Assembly (NCBI GenBank): GCA_013360305.1
Contig: JABWCK010000004.1
Coordinates: forward strand, 1 to 47,546
Length of the DNA: 47,546 nt
Source of the DNA: Candidatus Micrarchaeota archaeon
GTDB lineage: Archaea; Micrarchaeota; Micrarchaeia; Norongarragalinales; Norongarragalinaceae
Direction: 5' to 3'
The position numbers and the translations under genes are program-made. A model generated the notes under the pieces. That model did not search any database and was not told the DNA's origin. It was given only the letters and a program-made list of their open reading frames with translations. This document shows, piece by piece, positions 41,317 through 47,546 of this stretch. The first letter of the stretch is position 1, and each line of letters opens with the position of its first letter.

Positions 41317-44168
41317 ATCGTTACGGTAATCTTTGCTTCGCCAACTTTGCACTCGTGGTTGAAGCCTTGTTTTTCTTCAAAAACTATCTTCTTTGCTTTA
41401 ACGTCAGAAGCAAGTTTTTGCAATAGTGGAGAAATCAATTCTTGTTGGTCTTTGCTTAATCCATTGATTGCGGCAAACTCGATGACGTCAGTGATTTTCT
41501 TGCCTGACTTCTTGCGTGCTTCTTGAATGTTTCTAGCCAATTCGTTAAACAAGCCTTCTGCTTTTAATTCAGGCGTCAAAATCGTTTCTAAATACAATAA
41601 TTTTCCTTCACTTAATTCAGTAAACACGAATCCTTGTTCTAATTCAGAACCAGCTGAATCAGCAAAATCGATTTTCTTTACATTCAACTCGCCCGCTAGC
41701 ACTTCACTTAATTCTTTAGACAATTCTACGCCGACTAAGACTGCTTTAGCTAGTGGTTGTTTTTGTTTTAACGAGCTTTGAGCCCTAATCTTGCGTCCTG
41801 CTTCCACCAATAATCTTAATTCAGTCATTTGTTTTTCTAATTCCTCACTTGATTTTTGAGGAACAGGATAGTCTTGCAAGTGGACGCTTTCGGATTCGCC
41901 GACGCGTAGCCAAACTAATTCAGCCAAGAAAGGAGTAAACGGAGCAATGGTTAAAGCAATTTGTTTTAAGCAGTAACGCAGTGTTTCAAACGCTTGAGTG
42001 GAATCGTCATTTTTTTCTTGGCTAGTAAAACGATCCCTGCTTCGGCGAATAAACCAATTGCTTAAATCGTTTAACACGAATTCTTCTAAAGCACGAGACG
42101 CTTTGTGAACGTTGTGGATGCTTAATTCTGCTTCTACTAAAACAATAGTTGAATTCAATCTTGAAACAATCCATTCGTCTAGCGTGTTCTTGCTTGCTAG
42201 TTTAGAGTGTTTGAAGCCGTATGCTTGAGAGTAAGTCTCGTAATAAACTAAAGAATTGTATAAAGTAGAAATAAAACGGTTGTATGCTTCAGCTACAGTG
42301 TCTTCGCTGAACTTAGTCGGCTCCCAAGGAGGATTTCCGGTAAACAAGCTCCACCTTAACGCGTCAGCTCCGTATTTTTCGAACATTGCGTCAGGCGAAA
42401 CAACGTTTCCCTTGCTTTTGCTCATTTTAATTCCGTTCTTGTCTAAAACGTGTCCCAATACTACACACGAGTCATAAGCGGGAGAATCAAACAATACGGT
42501 TCCTAAAGCGTGAAGCGTATAAAACCATCCCCGCGTTTGGTCTATTCCTTCTACTATGAAGGAAGCAGGAAAGTTTTGTTTGAATAATTCTTTGTTCTCG
42601 AAAGGATAATGCCATTGAGCGAATGGAGCACTGCCAGAGTCATACCAGCAATCAATTACTTCAGGCACTCTCTTGAATTCCTTGCCGTCTTTTGCTAGAA
42701 TTATTTCATCAACTACTGGCTTGTGTGGGTCGAATTTAGCTGGATAATTCTTAGCTAGTTTTTTCAACTCGTCAAACGAACCAATACAGATTTTTTCGCC
42801 GTCTTCTGCAACCCATATAGGTAAAGGCGTACCCCAGTAACGGTTTCTGCTCAACGCCCAGTCTTTGACTTCGTTCAAGAATAATCCAAAACGACCAGTG
42901 CGAATAGTGTCAGGATACCAAGCAATCTTGTTGTTGTTTGAAATTAATTGTTCGCGAACTTGAGTCATTTTAACGAACCAACTCTTGCGAGCAATATACA
43001 TTAACTTAGTATCGCACCTCCAACAATGAGGGTAAGAGTGCAAGTATGGTTTTTTCTTAACAATCAAGTCGTTTTCTTCCAAGTGCTTTAGTACTTCATT
43101 GTTGGCTTTAGTAAAGAATAATCCTTTCAGCCAAGAAATTTGGTCGTCGAATTCTCCTGTTTCGTTAACATAAGAAACAATTGGCAACTTGTTTTTTACG
43201 CAATTATTATAGTCTTCTTCACCATAAGCACCGGCTTGAGTGACGATTCCAGTACCGTCTTCTTGTGAAACGTAATCAGCGTGAATAACGAAAAACGCTT
43301 TTTCTTTTACAGGAATATCTTTCAGTAATTGCTCGAATTCTCTTCCGATTAACTCGCTTCCTTTGACTTTCTTTAATACTTTAGCATTCTCTAAAGCGCT
43401 TTCAAGCAAGGGTTCAGCTACGTAGTATTTTTGGCCTTCGAACTCGGCTAGAACGTAAGTAAAATCTTTCCTAACAGCTAGACCAACGACTCCGAATAAA
43501 GTCCAAGGCGTAGTAGTCCAGGCTAGTAGAAAAGCATCTTCGTCTTTAAGCTTGAATTTAGCATAAACTGACACATCGGTAACGTCTTTGTATCCTTGTC
43601 CTACTTCGTGGCTTGACAAAGCCGTACCGCAACGAGGACAGAGTGGAACAATCTTGTATCCCTCGTACAACAAGCCTTTGTCCCATATTTGTTTCAAACT
43701 CCACCAAACGCTTTCAACGTAATTAGAATCAAAAGTAATGTAAGCGTCATTAAAACGAATCCAGAAACCAACGCGCTTGCTCATTTCCTTCCAAGCACCC
43801 TCGTACTTGAACACGCTTTCCTTGCACTTCTCGTTAAAAGCAGCTACCCCGTACTCCTCAATGCCTTTCTTATTCTTCAATCCAAGCGCTTTTTCGACTT
43901 CCAATTCAACAGGCAAACCATGAGTATCCCAACCCGCCTTTCTTGGAACATAAAAACCCTTCATAGTCTTGTACCTCAAAACTAAGTCTTTGTGAGCGCG
44001 TGTTAAAACATGGCCTGGGTGAGGTAAGCCGTTAGCAGTAGGCGGACCCTCTACGAAAACGAAGGGAGTTTTTCCTTTGCGGTGCTCGACGCTAGTTAAG
44101 AAAGTGTTTTCTTTATCCCACTTTTCTAATACTTCCAATTCTAATTCAGGAATAGTTTTGCTAGTCAT
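41313..44168 (-). CDS. ileS: isoleucyl-tRNA synthetase
   Basis: 951 aa. GPPTANGLPHPGH (HIGH), GWDTHGLPVELEVEK, CP1 editing signature WTTTPWTL and KMSKSKGN. Confidence 0.85.
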   Translation of the reverse strand: MTSKTIPELELEVLEKWDKENTFLTSVEHRKGKTPFVFVEGPPTANGLPHPGHVLTRAHKDLVLRYKTMKGFYVPRKAGWDTHGLPVELEVEKALGLKNKKGIEEYGVAAFNEKCKESVFKYEGAWKEMSKRVGFWIRFNDAYITFDSNYVESVWWSLKQIWDKGLLYEGYKIVPLCPRCGTALSSHEVGQGYKDVTDVSVYAKFKLKDEDAFLLAWTTTPWTLFGVVGLAVRKDFTYVLAEFEGQKYYVAEPLLESALENAKVLKKVKGSELIGREFEQLLKDIPVKEKAFFVIHADYVSQEDGTGIVTQAGAYGEEDYNNCVKNKLPIVSYVNETGEFDDQISWLKGLFFTKANNEVLKHLEENDLIVKKKPYLHSYPHCWRCDTKLMYIARKSWFVKMTQVREQLISNNNKIAWYPDTIRTGRFGLFLNEVKDWALSRNRYWGTPLPIWVAEDGEKICIGSFDELKKLAKNYPAKFDPHKPVVDEIILAKDGKEFKRVPEVIDCWYDSGSAPFAQWHYPFENKELFKQNFPASFIVEGIDQTRGWFYTLHALGTVLFDSPAYDSCVVLGHVLDKNGIKMSKSKGNVVSPDAMFEKYGADALRWSLFTGNPPWEPTKFSEDTVAEAYNRFISTLYNSLVYYETYSQAYGFKHSKLASKNTLDEWIVSRLNSTIVLVEAELSIHNVHKASRALEEFVLNDLSNWFIRRSRDRFTSQEKNDDSTQAFETLRYCLKQIALTIAPFTPFLAELVWLRVGESESVHLQDYPVPQKSSEELEKQMTELRLLVEAGRKIRAQSSLKQKQPLAKAVLVGVELSKELSEVLAGELNVKKIDFADSAGSELEQGFVFTELSEGKLLYLETILTPELKAEGLFNELARNIQEARKKSGKKITDVIEFAAINGLSKDQQELISPLLQKLASDVKAKKIVFEEKQGFNHECKVGEAKITVTI

Positions 44169-44223
44169 AAAAAATCAAGTTTTAGGTTAAAAACTGGAAT
44201 AATATAGTGAAAAAACAAGAATT

Positions 44224-44739
44224 TTAAGGCTTTAGAATCTTGATTACTGCCTTGCAGAATGCAGGCAAGTCGTCTGGCTTGCGAGAAGTAACGAGTTTTC
44301 CATCCACTACGACTTCTTCATCAGAATACTTGGCACCAGCATTTACTACGTCGTCTTTTATGGAGAAGAAACAAGTTGCTTTCTTTCCTCTTAAAACATC
44401 TGCTGAAGCAAGAACCCATGGCCCGTGGCATATGGCGGCTACTACTTTGCCGCGGTCGTTCATTTCTCTAACGAACGAAACTACTTCCTTATATCGACGC
44501 AAGCGGTCTGGAGCATAACCTCCAGGGATTACTACGCAATCGTAATTCTTGGCTTGCAATTCTTTAAACGCGCGGTTGGCTTCAATTGGATAGCCTTCTT
44601 TAGAGTCGTATTCTTCCTTGTCGAAGCCAAAAACATCGACAGTAAACCCTTCCTCTCTAAAGCGAAGCAATGGATACCATACTTCTAATACTTGATAATC
44701 ATCTTCAACTACGATTGCTATTTTAACCATGTTTTTCAC
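44224..44739 (-). CDS. DJ-1/PfpI-family protein (intracellular protease/deglycase type)
   Basis: 171 aa. Nucleophile elbow AAICHGPWVL and YDCVVIPGG. Confidence 0.8.
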   Translation of the reverse strand: MKNMVKIAIVVEDDYQVLEVWYPLLRFREEGFTVDVFGFDKEEYDSKEGYPIEANRAFKELQAKNYDCVVIPGGYAPDRLRRYKEVVSFVREMNDRGKVVAAICHGPWVLASADVLRGKKATCFFSIKDDVVNAGAKYSDEEVVVDGKLVTSRKPDDLPAFCKAVIKILKP

Positions 44740-45820
44740 CTAACAATTTTCTTCCTAGATTAAAGTAAAACTCTTCAGCTATCAACGTTTCTCTTATTGA
44801 AACGAATTCTTCAGCACAATGAGCTAAAGACTCCGGCCCCGGACCCAAGTCTATTACTTGACTGCCTAGCTCGTAAAAAAAGCGAGCATCGCTTGCTCCG
44901 CTTTCTTTTAATAATTCAGGAAAAACTTTCAATTCTCTTAAAGAATCAACGCTTTTTTTAACTAAAAAAGCATCTTTTGGCTCGACGAATCCTTGAGAAA
45001 CCGCTTGAGTAGTGAAAGTAAAATCTAATTGTTCAGCCAACAACTCGAAATCCTTGATGAAAGATTTAACGTTCAAAGAAGGAGGGAGCCTGAAGTCTAC
45101 TATAGCTTCACAATAATCAGGAACTATATTCGCAGCATGCCCGCCTGAAATCATGCCGATATTCATAGTCTTCTTATAAAAACGGTCGTCTTCCAACCCG
45201 TCTTCAGTAGAAAACCTTGAAGACAAGTAATTCAATAACTTGAACATTTTTTTAATCGCATTAACCCCAAACTCTACCCTATCCACGTGAATAGCTTTTC
45301 CTTTAGTAATGATTTTCAATTCAACCAACGATTTTTGTCCTCGGATTATTTTCAAATCACTCGGTTCACCAGTAACCACGAAATCCGGTTTAGGCAAGTG
45401 AGAAATTACTGCCTGTGCGCCGTTCTTTCCCGAACCTAGTTCTTCATCGCCAACTATTGCTAAATAAACAGAACCACTTAGTTCTTGACTAGCTAATCGC
45501 AAGAACGCGTTTATTTCAGCAGCCAAACCAGCTTTCATGTCGCAAGAACCCAATCCATACAATCGGTCTCCAGTTACTCTAGGTTTAAACGGGTCAGTCT
45601 TCCAGTCGCCGGCAGGGATAGTATCGTAGTGAGCGTTAAACAATAATTTTTTACCAATTTCTTTCTTGAAAGCAATCAAGTTTTCTACATTGTTTTTCTT
45701 AACTCGCTTAATAGTAACTCCCTTAGCATGTAGTAATGGCTCGATAAAGTCAAGAATCTCGGGCTTGCTGTCTACTGAATCTATAGAAATCAATTTCTTA
45801 GCCAAGTCAATAGTCTTCAT
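44723..45820 (-). CDS. M20-family metallopeptidase (ArgE/DapE-like deacylase)
   Basis: 365 aa. NAHYDTIP, GSCDMKAG and GDEELG metal/catalytic motifs. Overlaps both neighbours (17 nt and 4 nt). Confidence 0.75.
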   Translation of the reverse strand: MKTIDLAKKLISIDSVDSKPEILDFIEPLLHAKGVTIKRVKKNNVENLIAFKKEIGKKLLFNAHYDTIPAGDWKTDPFKPRVTGDRLYGLGSCDMKAGLAAEINAFLRLASQELSGSVYLAIVGDEELGSGKNGAQAVISHLPKPDFVVTGEPSDLKIIRGQKSLVELKIITKGKAIHVDRVEFGVNAIKKMFKLLNYLSSRFSTEDGLEDDRFYKKTMNIGMISGGHAANIVPDYCEAIVDFRLPPSLNVKSFIKDFELLAEQLDFTFTTQAVSQGFVEPKDAFLVKKSVDSLRELKVFPELLKESGASDARFFYELGSQVIDLGPGPESLAHCAEEFVSIRETLIAEEFYFNLGRKLLGEKHG

Positions 45821-47091
45821 TTCAATACCTTCACTAAGTCTTTTTCTGAAAGCAATTCTTCTTTTCCTGAAGACATGTCTCGGACTTTAAACTTGCCTGA
45901 TTTTAATTCTTGTTCTCCGCAGAAAATAACAAAACTAATTCCTTGCTTTGAAGCGAAATCCAAGTTCTTGGAAACGCCTTTCTCATTCAAGTCAACCAAC
46001 GCGTTAACGCCATTGCTTCTGAGAGTTTGAGTTAGTGCTATTGCTTGAGGCAAGGTCTTAAACGGAATTACTAAAACATTGACTACGCTTTGTTTAGACT
46101 CAGTTTTCTTTAATTCTTCACACAAAACATCCAACCCAAAACTAATTCCAACAGCAGGAACCTCGCCCCTGCCTGAGAACTTTCCAATCAATTCATCGTA
46201 GCGACCGCCAGCTGCAATGCTTGATTTTATTTCAGAATCCTTCAAAAACGCTTCAAACACTATGCCCGTGTAATAATTCAATCCCCTAGCAAGAGTAGGA
46301 GAAAACTCCACGATTTTTACATTAAATTCGTTCAAGAATTCAAAAAATTCTTTCAACTCATTAAAACCAGCTTCAGCGTCAGCATTACCAATCTTAGAGT
46401 AATCACTCAACTTCTTGGATTCAAGTAATTTCAAAGCATTAACAACGATTTTCTCACTAAAACCTTTGTCTACTAATTCTTTTTTTACGCCAGAAACACC
46501 AATTTTTTCCAGCTTGTCTAAACTCAAAATAAAACTAGCTTCCTTATCCTTAGAAACACCCGCTTTCTGCAGTACTCCGTTCAACAACTTACGACTATTA
46601 ACTTTAACGACTACACTCAAGCCTAATTTTCTAAAAGCATCTTGTGCTAGAGCCATTAACTCTGCTTCGGCAGAAACACTCTTTACTCCAAGCACGTCAA
46701 CATCGCATTGAACGAATTCTCGGTAGCGCCCTGCTTTGAGTGGGCCGTCCCTCCACACTTTGTCTATTGCGTATCTTTTGAAAGGCATTGGGAAACTGTT
46801 TCCGGCTATCAATCTAGCTAAAGGCACAGTCAAGTCATACCTCAACCCTAACTTTCGTTTGCCTTGGTCTTCCAACTGGTAAGTTTCCTTCAAAATCTCT
46901 TCCCCGCCAGCGAATTTTGATGACAATACTTCAATATTTTCTAAAGCAGGCGTTTCTAACGGGTTGAACCCATAAGACTCGAATACGCTCGAAAGCTTCG
47001 CTACCGCCGAATTCCTCAATATTTTTTCACTCGGCAAAAAGTCTCTCGAACCACGCACTGCAGTTAAATCCATAGCATAATCACTAACCAT
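45817..47091 (-). CDS. hisS: histidyl-tRNA synthetase
   Basis: Class II motifs RGSRDFLP, GRYREFVQCDVDVLG and AAGGRYDELI. Start set to the ATG at 47091 (or 47073), because the track's upstream extension runs through tRNA-His. Confidence 0.85.
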   Translation of the reverse strand: MVSDYAMDLTAVRGSRDFLPSEKILRNSAVAKLSSVFESYGFNPLETPALENIEVLSSKFAGGEEILKETYQLEDQGKRKLGLRYDLTVPLARLIAGNSFPMPFKRYAIDKVWRDGPLKAGRYREFVQCDVDVLGVKSVSAEAELMALAQDAFRKLGLSVVVKVNSRKLLNGVLQKAGVSKDKEASFILSLDKLEKIGVSGVKKELVDKGFSEKIVVNALKLLESKKLSDYSKIGNADAEAGFNELKEFFEFLNEFNVKIVEFSPTLARGLNYYTGIVFEAFLKDSEIKSSIAAGGRYDELIGKFSGRGEVPAVGISFGLDVLCEELKKTESKQSVVNVLVIPFKTLPQAIALTQTLRSNGVNALVDLNEKGVSKNLDFASKQGISFVIFCGEQELKSGKFKVRDMSSGKEELLSEKDLVKVLK

Positions 47092-47116
47092 TTGAAGAAT
47101 TAAAAGAAAACGAAAG

Positions 47117-47188
47117 GGCGCTAACCGAGAATCGAACTCGGGACGCAAGCTCCACAGGCCCGCGTGATACCATTTCACCATTAGCGCC
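47117..47188 (-). tRNA. tRNA-His (anticodon GUG) with genomically encoded G-1
   Basis: G(-1) plus acceptor GCGCUAA/UUAGCGC plus discriminator C73, giving the 8-bp His-type acceptor. Anticodon stem CGGGC/GCUUG with loop CUGUGGA. T-arm CCGAG-UUCGAUU-CUCGG. Confidence 0.85.
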
Positions 47189-47321
47189 ATCCCAAAAACT
47201 AAGGCTGCTGAAAAATTTTAATAAAAAGACAGAGTTAAAACTAGTAATGAGAGAACGAAGCTGAATGAAGTAAATCACTATTCACCATTTTAACTCCTTA
47301 ATAAAAAATGAAGTCAATCCC

Positions 47322-47546
47322 TTAAAAACGTATCTCAAAAGAATCAGGTAGTTTTTCTTCAACTTTTTCCTCGCTTAATTCTTCAACGTGCAAGCCATAA
47401 TCAGAATCCGGATTGCCTTGAACAAAGATTTTTTTCTTGAATTCAGAAATATCTCCATCAACAACTACTTCCACGGTGCCGTCTTTTAAGTTTCGAGTCC
47501 ATCCCTTCAAAGATAATTCTCTAGCTATTCTCGCAACGAATGCTCT
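47322..47546 (-). CDS. acyP: acylphosphatase (5'-truncated by the window end)
   Basis: The frame is open to the window edge. RAFVARIARELSLKGWTRNLKDGTVEVVV fits the acylphosphatase F(R)xFVxxxAxxLxLxGWVRNxxDGxVE core. Confidence 0.6.
   Translation of the reverse strand, partial: RAFVARIARELSLKGWTRNLKDGTVEVVVDGDISEFKKKIFVQGNPDSDYGLHVEELSEEKVEEKLPDSFEIRF

Noticed and set aside
47092-47190. N-terminal 33-aa extension of the hisS ORF (MALMVKWYHAGLW...)
   Set aside because: The extension is the translation of the tRNA-His gene. HisRS homology begins near MDLTAVRGSRDFLP.
1-47546. CRISPR arrays, rRNA genes, transposases/integrases, toxin-antitoxin pairs or recognisable defence systems
   Set aside because: No regularly spaced direct repeats, no rRNA-like conserved stretches and no DDE/tyrosine-recombinase or nuclease-NTPase defence signatures were recognised. 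The AbrB-like ORF has no adjacent toxin-like partner.

Overview
AT-rich (by eye), gene-dense archaeal chromosomal segment. Its content suggests a small-genome DPANN-type archaeon. It carries MCM, aIF1A/aIF2-beta/aIF5A, a RIO kinase, Alba, an Sm-like protein, Sec61-beta, proteasome beta, aCPSF1, Fap7 and SMC, plus an archaeal-type ProRS, ArgRS, IleRS and HisRS. It also carries two OBG-family GTPases, MinD, TIM and a non-oxidative pentose-phosphate operon (rpiB-rpe-split transketolase). Four intron-less tRNA genes without encoded CCA lie on the minus strand: Val-UAC, Ala-GGC, Gln-UUG and His-GUG. I found no rRNA, CRISPR array, transposase or integrase. Genes are tightly packed with many 1-17 nt overlaps, and TTG/GTG starts preceded by GGTG/GGAGG-type Shine-Dalgarno motifs are frequent. 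The main structures not explained by ordinary annotation are listed here. (1) A conserved 26-31 nt palindromic A/T module (TTRRYYAAA-CTTTT-N3-5-AAAAGTTT) ends exactly at nucleotide +1 of three tRNA genes and recurs before some protein genes. (2) A three-copy family of GC-rich G5/C5-hairpin elements; one copy lies in frame inside a peptidase gene. (3) A decayed patch beside tRNA-Val: a tRNA 3'-end duplicate, a truncated dUTPase-like ORF and a deleted, frameshifted YchF-like GTPase. (4) A Cys-rich micro-protein whose TGA stop is followed in frame by a duplicate of its own CPC...CxC motif. (5) A 31-aa hyper-acidic micro-ORF ending the proteasome-beta/aCPSF1/Fap7 gene string. (6) tRNA-His lying about 25 nt upstream of hisS. 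(7) A cluster of membrane-anchored and surface proteins of unknown function. All functional calls rest on motif recognition by eye; no database search was run.
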